Assembly (NCBI GenBank): GCA_963801355.1
Contig: CAWDEM010000008.1
Coordinates: 64,001 to 128,000, forward strand
Direction: 5' to 3'
Source of the DNA: Ignavibacteriota bacterium
GTDB lineage: Bacteria > Bacteroidota > Ignavibacteria > UBA10030 > UBA6906
DNA: 64,000 nt
In this document: piece after piece, positions 8,931 to 18,553 of the stretch
Position numbering within the stretch: position 1 is the stretch's first letter
Layout: every line of letters begins with the position of its first letter
Made by a program: the position numbers and the translations under genes
The notes under the pieces: generated by a model
What the model was told of the DNA's origin: nothing
What the model saw: only the letters and a program-made list of their open reading frames with translations
Database searches by the model: none

Positions 8931-11555
8931 ATGAAATTCAGCTCCATTGCGACGGCCATCCTTCTTTTGCTCACCATCACCGTCCCTACCCGGTCTCAGG
9001 ACGTTCACCTTAACAGCATCATCAATGTCACCTTCAACGCCAACGCGCCAACTCTCATCGGCATTGACCGGGGGAGACTCTTGTGGTCAGATTCGGACCC
9101 CAATACCGGCAAACTCAGTCTGACATACTACTCCGGAGCAGGAATTACCCCCCTGGATTCAAATCTTGTTGCCCTGACGGCGGCCATTGGCACTGACTAC
9201 ATCGTCTGGAATTCAGCCGGCGAGCAGGTGAAGGCCTTTGATATGCATGCGTGGCGCGTACTCTCCCTGGGACCATCATACAATCCTGATTTCGCCCAGC
9301 CGGTGGCAGTCTCCGGAGATCTTGCCGGATATGCCCGTCGCGGAGCCGGACCGTCAACGCAAATCGTTCTTCACCGCTTCGCGTCAGGCACGGACACCCT
9401 GCTTTCAGCGGGAACGTGGAATACCGCACCCAGCATCAACCATGGACAGGTAGTCTGGGTGGCAGCAGACTCCGAATTGCTGACGACCCCATCCAATGTC
9501 TTCGTGTTCGATGGGCGGGCGACAACCGACATCTCCAAAACAACTAACGCCTGCAACCGCGCCCCGATTCTTCGGGACGGGCAGACCGTCTGGCTCCAGA
9601 CAGCTGGGAGCACACAGCGCGTGAAGTTCTATACTGGGGACTCAGTGCTGACCATCGCTGAATCCCCGGGAGGATCTTCCGTTGTCACAGGCTACGATGT
9701 GAGCGACGGGATAGCTGTTGCTTTGCTGCGCGACACCATCTCGAACAGCAGCTCCATCAAGATCTACAACTCGGAGACTCAACTGACGACAACGATTGGG
9801 GATTCTCTTGGAGCGTACAGTGTCCACATCAGCAATGATCTCGTAGTGTGGCAGTCAGGAACCGGGGCCGCCAAGCACCTCAAATCTTACTCCGTTCAGC
9901 ACGCGGAAATCCGGGATCTGGGAGCCGGAGAGAATCCAGTTGTCGATCATGATTTGATTGCATGGACGCTGGGAGATGCCGTGGAACTGAGTCGACCCAT
10001 CACGTACCGGCAGCTTACCACGGACGCACTCAATGGTTGGGAGCAGACGAAATTCAAGACGACCGACAGCTCTCATGTGGTGTGGGGCAACTACGCGAAC
10101 TCATCGAATATGCGGCTGTTCGCATGGAATGGGACGACGACGACTCAGCTCACCGATTCTATGTCAGTTCAAGATTTCGTGATGGTCAATGACGGCTATG
10201 TTCTCTGGCGGAAGAATTTCGATTCCCTGTTCTATTACGACGGCGTTCATTCTCCGGTGAAATTCCTGGATACGGTTCAGGCAGAAAATCCGTACGTCGC
10301 AGGGGGTTCGGCGGCCTTTTTCGGCCCTCGGACGACTGTCCCCGATAACATCAAGCACGCATGGCTCTATGACCTGGCCGCGAAAAGACTTACGCTGCTC
10401 TCCTCGGACAGCGGGATCACGGGCAACGTGTTGTGTTCTGCAAACACGGCGTGTTGGTTGAGCGGCAAGACCCTGCGGCTCATGTACTTTGATGGATCCA
10501 CGACAATTGCATTGAGCGATTCGGCGGCTGGATACGACTACAGCTACAGGAACGGAAAGGTCGTATGGACGGAGCAACGAAGCGGCATGTCACAGGTGAT
10601 GATGTACGACACGAAAAACCACATCAGAACACAGCTCACGAATGGCGGAACATCGAAGTACAATCCTATCACGGACGGCAATGCCGTTGTGTGGTATGAC
10701 AACGCCTCACAGCTCGCCACCACGGTGACCGCTGACCTGTGGTACTATGACGTCGGGCGCGGCCGCCGTTCCTTCGTCGCACGGACGACATATTCCGTTT
10801 TGTATTGGAACTGGATGAGCAACGGCAAAATCGCCTGGCTGCATGCTGGGAATATCGTGGCCTTCGATGGCGATGTGATTACCCAGCTGACGTCCAACGA
10901 TGGGTTCAGAGCCTATTCTGGCCTCTATTTGGATCATGAGATGCTCGTCTGGAAGAGAGGCCTTGCCCCCACTTCCCCTCAGACGGGAGACGTCTTCAGG
11001 CAAACGCTGCTCCCCCATGCTGCATTCGAGGCGACAACGATCTCGGGGAGCGCACCTCTGGCCGTCTCTTTCCTCAACAAATCGTGGGAGGGAAGCCGGT
11101 CGTTCCTCTGGGATTTCGGGGACGGGAGCACCGGCAATGAAATCAACCCCGCACACACGTATGTCACACCGGGGAACTATTCGGTGACGTTGACCGTCAG
11201 CGGACCCGGCGGATCAGCGACAGAAAGAAAATTCAGTCTTGTGCGCGTGCGATCGGTCACCAGTGCTTCTCTGCTTGAAGGGGTGATCCCCGACCGATGT
11301 GTCCTGCATCAAAACTATCCAAACCCCTTCAATCCTTCTACGACGATTCAGTTCGATCTTCCGGCACGTTCCTACGTTTCGCTAAACGTCTACGACGTGC
11401 TGGGCCGCTTGGTTGGCACGCTTGTCCGTAACCAACAAGCGGCAGGTTCGCACCGGGTGACATGGAATGCCGCGGGCTATGCATCAGGCGTATATGTGTA
11501 CTGCCTTCAGGCCGACGGCGTCATTCAAACACGTAAACTCCTGATCGTGAAATAG
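8931..11555 (+). CDS. Secreted beta-propeller-repeat protein with PKD domain and T9SS-type CTD
   Basis: RBS GGAGG, signal peptide; recurrent 'P.I..G.VVW' repeats; PKD 'WDFGDGSTG...P.HTY..PG.YSVTLTV'; 'LHQNYPNPFNPST'. Confidence 0.85.
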   Translation: MKFSSIATAILLLLTITVPTRSQDVHLNSIINVTFNANAPTLIGIDRGRLLWSDSDPNTGKLSLTYYSGAGITPLDSNLVALTAAIGTDYIVWNSAGEQVKAFDMHAWRVLSLGPSYNPDFAQPVAVSGDLAGYARRGAGPSTQIVLHRFASGTDTLLSAGTWNTAPSINHGQVVWVAADSELLTTPSNVFVFDGRATTDISKTTNACNRAPILRDGQTVWLQTAGSTQRVKFYTGDSVLTIAESPGGSSVVTGYDVSDGIAVALLRDTISNSSSIKIYNSETQLTTTIGDSLGAYSVHISNDLVVWQSGTGAAKHLKSYSVQHAEIRDLGAGENPVVDHDLIAWTLGDAVELSRPITYRQLTTDALNGWEQTKFKTTDSSHVVWGNYANSSNMRLFAWNGTTTTQLTDSMSVQDFVMVNDGYVLWRKNFDSLFYYDGVHSPVKFLDTVQAENPYVAGGSAAFFGPRTTVPDNIKHAWLYDLAAKRLTLLSSDSGITGNVLCSANTACWLSGKTLRLMYFDGSTTIALSDSAAGYDYSYRNGKVVWTEQRSGMSQVMMYDTKNHIRTQLTNGGTSKYNPITDGNAVVWYDNASQLATTVTADLWYYDVGRGRRSFVARTTYSVLYWNWMSNGKIAWLHAGNIVAFDGDVITQLTSNDGFRAYSGLYLDHEMLVWKRGLAPTSPQTGDVFRQTLLPHAAFEATTISGSAPLAVSFLNKSWEGSRSFLWDFGDGSTGNEINPAHTYVTPGNYSVTLTVSGPGGSATERKFSLVRVRSVTSASLLEGVIPDRCVLHQNYPNPFNPSTTIQFDLPARSYVSLNVYDVLGRLVGTLVRNQQAAGSHRVTWNAAGYASGVYVYCLQADGVIQTRKLLIVK

Positions 11556-11586
11556 GGGGGGATCAACAGATAAAAGGCATCTGGAT

Positions 11587-14500
11587 ATGCGCTGCTTTAC
11601 ACTTCTGCTGCTGAGTGTTTTCATCCTGGGGATACCGTTCGAAGGTGCAGGACAAACCCACGGGTTTGCTCCTGAATCGATACCGGTCCCGGGTACTGCC
11701 ATTTCTGAGGCAGAAAAGGGATTTTCTCCGGATTCTCTGCCTCCTTCATTGATCGCGGCTTCACACGTCGCACCTCACCTCCAGCAAGACAAGAACGCTG
11801 CGGTATTTCTTGTGACGACGACCAATGACACCGGAGACGGATCCTTGCGAAAAGCCATCAGCGACGCGAATAACAGTCCCGGCTTAGATCTGATTGGTTT
11901 CGACATTCCCGGCCCGGGTGTACACACAATCATTCCTCTCTCTAAGCTTCCGAATATCACCGATCCGGTGACCATCGACGCATCCACACAGCCAGGGTTT
12001 ATCGCGACCCCCCTCATTGAAATTAACGGAAGTCTCCTCGGCCCGTACCAGGTATTCGACGTCTTCGCAGGAAATACCACCATCAGAGGGTTCGCGATCA
12101 ACCGAGCCCTGGGCGGCACAGCAATCATTCTCTGGACGAACGGCGGAAACGTTATCGAAGGCGACTTCATCGGGACGGACGCATCGGGGACCGTGGCAGT
12201 GGGAAACAAATATAATGGCGTCATCGTCTATTCCGCGAACAACCGGATTGGGGGGAGAAATATATTCTCCCGGAACATCTTTTCCGGAAACGGATATTCA
12301 GCCGTCGCGTTGGTCGGAACCGGGGCGCAGGGGAATGTCATTCGGGGTAACTATTTTGGAACGGACATCTCCGGCACGGTGAAGCTGGGCAACTCACAGG
12401 AAGGGATTCTCGTCATCGGTGGGGCTTCAAATGATACCATCGGGGGTACGGAATCCAGTGCCCGAAATGTGATTGCAGGGTCGGCGAGCGGATCCGGTAT
12501 CGCCATCATTGACAGCACCGTGACAGGCATACAGGTCCTCGGAAACTATATCGGTACCGATGCAACGGGGATGAATGCGATGGGGAGCGCAGGCAATGGG
12601 GTGTTCCTGCGCGATGCAATCGCGAACACGATTGGAGGTCCTGCCTTCGGCTCACGCAATATCATCGCCGGGAACCTGTCACCTGGTATATTCCTCGTCG
12701 GCACTGCACGGAAGAACGAGGTGCTCAACAACTACATCGGCGTCGGCGAATTGGGGATCATCGCGATCCCTAACAACAAGGGTGTGGTTGTCGACGGGGC
12801 TCCGGACAACCTCATTGAAGGGAATATGATCTCGGGCAACACTCTCAATGGAATTGAAATCCGGAACGAGGGCGCGTCGGGAAATCGAGTGAGGGGAAAC
12901 AGGATTGGAATTTCCGTTTCCTACGCAATTCCCATGGGAAATGGGCTCCATGGCGTGCTCATCAATAATGCATCATCCGACACCGTCGGCGGAGCCGCTT
13001 CAGACGACGGCAACATTATCGCATTCAACGGAGGGGCAGGCGTGTCCGTTACCGGAGGACGCAAGAATCTCCTCAGAAACAATTCCATCTTCGGCAACAC
13101 GGGGCTCGGCATCGATCTCTTCCCTCCCGGCGTGAATGCGAACGATACGCTTGATGCCGACCTCGGGGCAAATGGTCTGCAAAACTATCCCGTACTGGAT
13201 TCACTGAAACGCCACCCCACTTCGACAGATGTGTACGGGCATCTTATCAGCTCGCCGTCGGGTACGTACGCGATTGATTTCTTTGCCGATTCGCTTGGAA
13301 ATTCCACAGGGTTCGGCGAAGGGGAGAGGTCACTCGGGTCGATTACCACTCAAACCGGACCTTCGGGAACGGTCACGTTCTTTGCGACGCTTTCTGGTGT
13401 GGTTTCGACAAACGAACACTTTACGGCGATTGCAACGGACGATTCCAGTAACACCTCGGAATTCTCGAAGGGGATAGGCAGAAGCTATGTGATTACTGCA
13501 CCAGTCAGGAGTCAGTTCTGGGTTTCCGATGAGATGGACACGATACGCTGGGAGAGCCCTGACACGGGGCATGTGCGCATCGAGTTCAGCGCGGATAGCG
13601 GCAAGAGCTATAGGGTGATTACTCCGGATACAACCGGAAAGGAGAGGATGCATCCCTGGAAGGTGACAAAGGCGGTTTCGACCCGGTGCCGCATTCGCAT
13701 CACTTCACGAGATGATCCTTCGCGTTTCGGCGAGAGCGAGTTGTTCAAGGTGAAGGGAACTCTGCTGACGAGGTACCGCCCCGACAGCACCTACGAGGCG
13801 TTCACGCCCGATACGCATGGCTGGAGCTTTGCGAATGCCGCCGTGAACATGTGGCCGCCGGCCTGGTTCCAGAGATTCAATTACGCGACCGGCATTGACC
13901 CCTACACGGGCGTAAATTATCCCGCAGCGTGGATCTCACCGGCTGATACCGCGCGATCAAGTGACTTCCCTGATTGGCCCCTCTTTGTCGAAACATTTGG
14001 CTGGCCCCAGTGTTATGTTGGCACTATCACGCAAATTCTCTCGTATCGGCCATTAGCCGTTGCCCGATGGAGAACGCTCAAAAGAAACTGGGCCGGCTCA
14101 TGCTTTGGCTTTTCGGCTTCCAGCCTGCTGGCTTTTGACAATGCGGCCGCGTTCAGAACTGCCTATCCTTCACTTCCTCCTTTCAATACACTGAATCAGC
14201 TCGGTATAACTGATACAACCCGAAAGATCATCAACCGCCTCTTTCTCTACCAGTTTGGACAATCTTTTTCGGCGTACCGCGCGGGGGTCAATGGCACATC
14301 ACCGAATACGTCTTTGGCCGAGTTGAAGAAAATCTTCCTCTCGGATGAACGGGATGACCGGTTCATCTTCTTCTTTGGCGCAACCGGCGGCCATGCCGTG
14401 ACCCCATACCGGGTGGAGACGGATTCATTGGTTCCCGAGATTTCGTACATCTATGTGTATGACAATAACCTCCCGGGAAACACCAGCGTGCGATTCTCCG

Positions 14501-15648
14501 TTGCCACTGACAACCAGCGCTGGCTCTATGCTCCGCTGGGATGGGCAAACAGCACGGGACTGTATCTTTCCGAGCCCGTGAGTCATTTCCTGTATCCTGC
14601 CATCCTCAGCAAGCAACTCGACATGCCTACCGTGAATGCTCCCTCGATCTACAGCGCTCCGGGTCGTGTGGAAGTGTTCGGCCCACTCGGAGCCATCACG
14701 CAATTCCGCGACGAGGCAGGCCACAGGCTGGCATACGCGGATTCGGTTGTCGCTGACAGCATCCCCGGAGCAATTCCCATCATCCCTATTACGGGGTTTC
14801 CTCATTCACCGATCGGATCCTCTCTCCCGGCGGGTAGCTACACGATGGAGCTTGGTGGATTCGTGAATGCACTTGCTCTCACGGCCGTCTTCGCAGATTC
14901 AACATACTACGCTTTCTACAGGACCGACGCCCGTCCCTCCCAACACGATCGGATAAGTCTGTCGGACGGCATGACTATCAGCAGCGCAGACTCCGAGCGA
15001 AAGGCCGGTTCAATCGAAGCGATTATCGCGGGGGCTGACAGGGAACAACAGTTGCAGATTGATCATGTGGCTCTGAATCCGGATGATTCCCTGACATTCA
15101 CCATCGTGAACCATCAGGCCATCGATATTACCGGGAGGGGGTCGCCACAGCTTTATGATCTTGCGCTTTCAGATGTGTCAAAGTCGGGAACTGTGCACTT
15201 CGAACACGGGGGCATTGCCCTGACGGCCAACAGCCGGCAGCGCATCATTCCTGTGTGGGACTCTTTGAGTACGGCACCCGTGAGAATTCTCATCGACCTA
15301 GGGAATAAGGGCATCTTCCACGATACCATCATGGTCAACAACCAGGCAACGAATGTCTCCCGGCTTCCGGACCAGGCCCCCGTTACGTACTCATTGCTCC
15401 AGAATTATCCGAATCCGTTCAATCCGTCAACAATAATAGAATATGCCATTCCCGATCGTCAACCGGTACAATTGGAGATCCTCAACATCCTTGGTCAGCA
15501 CGTTGTCACTCTGGTTGATGAAATACAGTCATCGGGCCTTCACCGGGTAACGTGGGTACCGGGAAGGGGTGTGGCAAGTGGAATATACTTCTACCGGCTG
15601 AACAGCGGAACGTTTACGCAAACAAAATCAATGATCTTTGTGAGATAA
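11587..15648 (+). CDS. Large secreted protein: right-handed beta-helix repeats, possible Cys-His-Asp domain, T9SS-type CTD
   Basis: 'VTTTNDTGDGSLRKAISDAN', repeated 'GN.IGTD..G...GN...G', 'N.IAFNGGAGV', 'GIDL'; CTD 'LLQNYPNPFNPST'. Confidence 0.85.
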   Translation: MRCFTLLLLSVFILGIPFEGAGQTHGFAPESIPVPGTAISEAEKGFSPDSLPPSLIAASHVAPHLQQDKNAAVFLVTTTNDTGDGSLRKAISDANNSPGLDLIGFDIPGPGVHTIIPLSKLPNITDPVTIDASTQPGFIATPLIEINGSLLGPYQVFDVFAGNTTIRGFAINRALGGTAIILWTNGGNVIEGDFIGTDASGTVAVGNKYNGVIVYSANNRIGGRNIFSRNIFSGNGYSAVALVGTGAQGNVIRGNYFGTDISGTVKLGNSQEGILVIGGASNDTIGGTESSARNVIAGSASGSGIAIIDSTVTGIQVLGNYIGTDATGMNAMGSAGNGVFLRDAIANTIGGPAFGSRNIIAGNLSPGIFLVGTARKNEVLNNYIGVGELGIIAIPNNKGVVVDGAPDNLIEGNMISGNTLNGIEIRNEGASGNRVRGNRIGISVSYAIPMGNGLHGVLINNASSDTVGGAASDDGNIIAFNGGAGVSVTGGRKNLLRNNSIFGNTGLGIDLFPPGVNANDTLDADLGANGLQNYPVLDSLKRHPTSTDVYGHLISSPSGTYAIDFFADSLGNSTGFGEGERSLGSITTQTGPSGTVTFFATLSGVVSTNEHFTAIATDDSSNTSEFSKGIGRSYVITAPVRSQFWVSDEMDTIRWESPDTGHVRIEFSADSGKSYRVITPDTTGKERMHPWKVTKAVSTRCRIRITSRDDPSRFGESELFKVKGTLLTRYRPDSTYEAFTPDTHGWSFANAAVNMWPPAWFQRFNYATGIDPYTGVNYPAAWISPADTARSSDFPDWPLFVETFGWPQCYVGTITQILSYRPLAVARWRTLKRNWAGSCFGFSASSLLAFDNAAAFRTAYPSLPPFNTLNQLGITDTTRKIINRLFLYQFGQSFSAYRAGVNGTSPNTSLAELKKIFLSDERDDRFIFFFGATGGHAVTPYRVETDSLVPEISYIYVYDNNLPGNTSVRFSVATDNQRWLYAPLGWANSTGLYLSEPVSHFLYPAILSKQLDMPTVNAPSIYSAPGRVEVFGPLGAITQFRDEAGHRLAYADSVVADSIPGAIPIIPITGFPHSPIGSSLPAGSYTMELGGFVNALALTAVFADSTYYAFYRTDARPSQHDRISLSDGMTISSADSERKAGSIEAIIAGADREQQLQIDHVALNPDDSLTFTIVNHQAIDITGRGSPQLYDLALSDVSKSGTVHFEHGGIALTANSRQRIIPVWDSLSTAPVRILIDLGNKGIFHDTIMVNNQATNVSRLPDQAPVTYSLLQNYPNPFNPSTIIEYAIPDRQPVQLEILNILGQHVVTLVDEIQSSGLHRVTWVPGRGVASGIYFYRLNSGTFTQTKSMIFVR

Positions 15649-15650
15649 AC

Positions 15651-17831
15651 ATGTTCATCGATGTGCGTCCCAAATTGAGACGAAGTCTGTTCTTGATCCT
15701 GACGGTTTCCACCGTCGCGTACTCCCAGAATGGAACATGGCAGCAGACCAACGGTCCATACGGCGGCACCATTCTTGCGCTCGCGGCGTCCGCACGTGGC
15801 GTGCTTCTTGCGGAGGCAGATGGGGCCGGACCATTTAAGGATGCATACCTCTCCACCAATCGTGGTGATACCTGGTCCCGTATCCAGTTTCCCCCCGGTA
15901 TCCATTGCACCGGCCCGGTCTTCGCAGATCCGCGCGGAGACCTTTTGGCTGTGACGACAGATGACAGCACCCACTACGGACTCTCCCGTTCTGCCGACGG
16001 GCGGGCGAAGTGGACATTCGTCCGGACGGATTTTGGCGTGAGGGCTGTCATCCGGGATACATCCGGTGCCTTGGTTGTATCAGCGAACCCCGGGGGCATC
16101 ATGCGTTCAACAGACGACGGGATGCACTGGGCGGCATGCAATGTCGGGCTCAGCTATCTCAACGCTGCTACGCTCGCCATTGACCAAGCCGGGCGACTGT
16201 TCGTTGGGATTGAAGGGTACAATGGCCAGGGCATGGGAGTCTACCGATCTACCGACAACGGCGGATCATGGGTACAGGTTTTCAGTTACAGCTATGCCTA
16301 TGCCAAAGCGCTCCTGGTTACGCCCGGGGGCACAGTCATCCTGGCCACAGCAGGCGGAGGAGTATTCCGCTCGACCGATGCCGGACTGTCATGGCGGGCT
16401 GGGAACGACGGACTGCAGAGCCTCTTCGTTTCCAGTATCGCACAAGATTCGGGTCGGACGATTCTCGCTGGAACGATTGGTGGTGCATTCCGATCGACCG
16501 ACGACGGCAAGACCTGGGATCGGACAATCAATGGACTCACCAGTCTGGATATTCTTTCCCTCGTGAGTTGCGGATCTGGGACGTTTGTCGCCGGGACGTT
16601 TGGGAGTGCTTTTCGGTCCACCAATTCAGGGTTTTCGTGGACGGAGGGCAACAGTGGACTTCTCAGCACCCACGTGCTCGCTCTGGCTGCGGATTTCTCC
16701 GGAACGCTGTTCGCCGCCACGGAGGGGATGTCAAGAGTATGCGGGTCGACGGACCGGGGCGTTACGTGGACAACTATGAATAACGGACTTGACAGTGTTT
16801 ACGTCAGGACGCTTATCGCCGATTCCACCGGGCGCCTGTTCGCAGGAACCGGAACGGGTGTTTTCCGTTCGACAGATCGCGGGAATTCATGGGCCCCGGT
16901 GGCCACCGGATTGACCAATCGCGACGTGCGCTGCTTTGCCCTGGGACCGAATGGCAGAATCTATGCAGGGACGTTTGCGGGGAATGATGGGAAAGGCGTC
17001 TTCCGATCCACCGACGGTGGGTTGACCTGGGATGCTCTGAACACTTCCTGGTCGAATGAGACCGTTCAGACCCTCGGGGTTGACGCAATCGGTAATCTCT
17101 TTGCCGGCCTCAGCCCTGCCGGCATCCTCCGCTCGACCGATGACGGGGATTCGTGGACGGAATTCTCGAATGATAATCTGCCGTACGCCCCCGTGCAATC
17201 TCTCATTATCGATTCAGTAGGTAGAATGTATGCGACGATCGGCTTCACATTCGGCGTTTATACTTCTTTTGACAACGGCCAACACTGGGTTTACAATCCC
17301 GGAACTGAAGATCCTGGCATCAGCTGCTTCACAAGCGGACCAGGTAACGCGATCTACGGGGGAGGGATGGGAGTGTTCAGACTCCACTTTGTGCATAACT
17401 ATCTTCTCCAACTGATGGATCTCGGCCTCGGCGGCCTTCCCGTCCGAGCTCTCCAGAGCTCTCGAGATGGTTATCTCTTTGCTGGGGTGTATGGAGAGGG
17501 AGTGTGGCGCTGTCCGCTTTCAGACAACGTTCAGACGACGACGCCTCCGCTCCTCCAGGGGTTCCCTGTCGAGTTCATTCTTTTGCAGAACTTCCCAAAC
17601 CCCTTCAATCCATCGACCACGATCCGCTACGGTCTCCCCGAAAGATTGAATGTGTCCCTGATAGTCTTCAACACCATCGGTCAGCAGGTCGCTGTTCTCC
17701 AGAATGGGGAACAGGGGGCTGGATATCATGAGGTGAAGTTTGATGGGAACAGGCTAACGAGCGGGGTGTACTTCTACAGACTCCAGGCGGGCACATTTGT
17801 GGAGACGGAGCGGCTATTATTGATCCGGTGA
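15651..17831 (+). CDS. Secreted BNR/Asp-box beta-propeller protein with T9SS-type CTD
   Basis: More than 10 'RST.DG.(S/T)W' Asp-box repeats; 'WQQTNGPYGG'; CTD 'LLQNFPNPFNPST'; ATG 15651 is 2 bp after the upstream stop. Confidence 0.88.
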   Translation: MFIDVRPKLRRSLFLILTVSTVAYSQNGTWQQTNGPYGGTILALAASARGVLLAEADGAGPFKDAYLSTNRGDTWSRIQFPPGIHCTGPVFADPRGDLLAVTTDDSTHYGLSRSADGRAKWTFVRTDFGVRAVIRDTSGALVVSANPGGIMRSTDDGMHWAACNVGLSYLNAATLAIDQAGRLFVGIEGYNGQGMGVYRSTDNGGSWVQVFSYSYAYAKALLVTPGGTVILATAGGGVFRSTDAGLSWRAGNDGLQSLFVSSIAQDSGRTILAGTIGGAFRSTDDGKTWDRTINGLTSLDILSLVSCGSGTFVAGTFGSAFRSTNSGFSWTEGNSGLLSTHVLALAADFSGTLFAATEGMSRVCGSTDRGVTWTTMNNGLDSVYVRTLIADSTGRLFAGTGTGVFRSTDRGNSWAPVATGLTNRDVRCFALGPNGRIYAGTFAGNDGKGVFRSTDGGLTWDALNTSWSNETVQTLGVDAIGNLFAGLSPAGILRSTDDGDSWTEFSNDNLPYAPVQSLIIDSVGRMYATIGFTFGVYTSFDNGQHWVYNPGTEDPGISCFTSGPGNAIYGGGMGVFRLHFVHNYLLQLMDLGLGGLPVRALQSSRDGYLFAGVYGEGVWRCPLSDNVQTTTPPLLQGFPVEFILLQNFPNPFNPSTTIRYGLPERLNVSLIVFNTIGQQVAVLQNGEQGAGYHEVKFDGNRLTSGVYFYRLQAGTFVETERLLLIR

Positions 17832-17860
17832 GCCGAGCCCGTGGGATCTCTGGTCTGCCG

Positions 17861-18553
17861 CTAGCAGGCCAATCTGTACCCCACACCGGATTCAGTAAGA
17901 AGAATGCGTGGTGTGGTGGGATCTTGCTCGATCTTCTTCCGCAACTGGCCAACGAAGACCCTGAGGTACTGCGTTTCCTCGGCGTAGGCCGGGCCCCACA
18001 CTTCCCGGAGAAGATAACTGTGGGTGAGGACCTTCCCGGCGTTCTTCACGAACAAGGCGAGAAGTGTGTATTCGGTAGGAGTAAGTCTCACCGCTTGGCC
18101 ACGAACAGCCACTGTTCGGGCCGAAAGGTCGACGGTGAGACTCTCTGACGTAAAGACCTGGTCTTCCTGTCCGGAGACCCGATGACGGAGGAGCGCGCGA
18201 ATTCTGGCCAGCAGTTCTCCCGTGCGGAACGGCTTTGTGAGGTAGTCATCGGCACCCCCATCGAGCGCATTCACAATCGTCTCTTCTGCCTCGCGCACGG
18301 AGAGAATAAGGATGGGAACCGAAGACCGAGAGCGCAGCTCTTTGAGTACTTCCAGACCATCCATATCCGGGAGACCGAGGTCCAGAACGACAACATCAGG
18401 CCTGTCGGTGCCCGCGTGCGCCAGACCCTCTCTGCCGCTCTCGACCAGCAACACCTTGTATCCTTCCTGTTCGAGGGTACGCCGGAGCAGTCGGCGCATC
18501 TGGACCTCATCATCGATGATGAGGACGGTTGCCGGATGAGTCTGTGCGCTCAT
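17861..18553 (-). CDS. kdpE: KdpE OmpR-family response regulator
   Basis: REC plus winged helix 'LTPTEY.LL...VWG......QYLRVFVGQLRKKIE.DP..PRILLTESGVGYR'; overlaps kdpD stop. Confidence 0.93.
   Translation of the reverse strand: MSAQTHPATVLIIDDEVQMRRLLRRTLEQEGYKVLLVESGREGLAHAGTDRPDVVVLDLGLPDMDGLEVLKELRSRSSVPILILSVREAEETIVNALDGGADDYLTKPFRTGELLARIRALLRHRVSGQEDQVFTSESLTVDLSARTVAVRGQAVRLTPTEYTLLALFVKNAGKVLTHSYLLREVWGPAYAEETQYLRVFVGQLRKKIEQDPTTPRILLTESGVGYRLAC

Noticed and set aside
8635-8934. Short ORFs upstream of the propeller/PKD gene
   Set aside because: No convincing RBS or recognisable motif; likely promoter region
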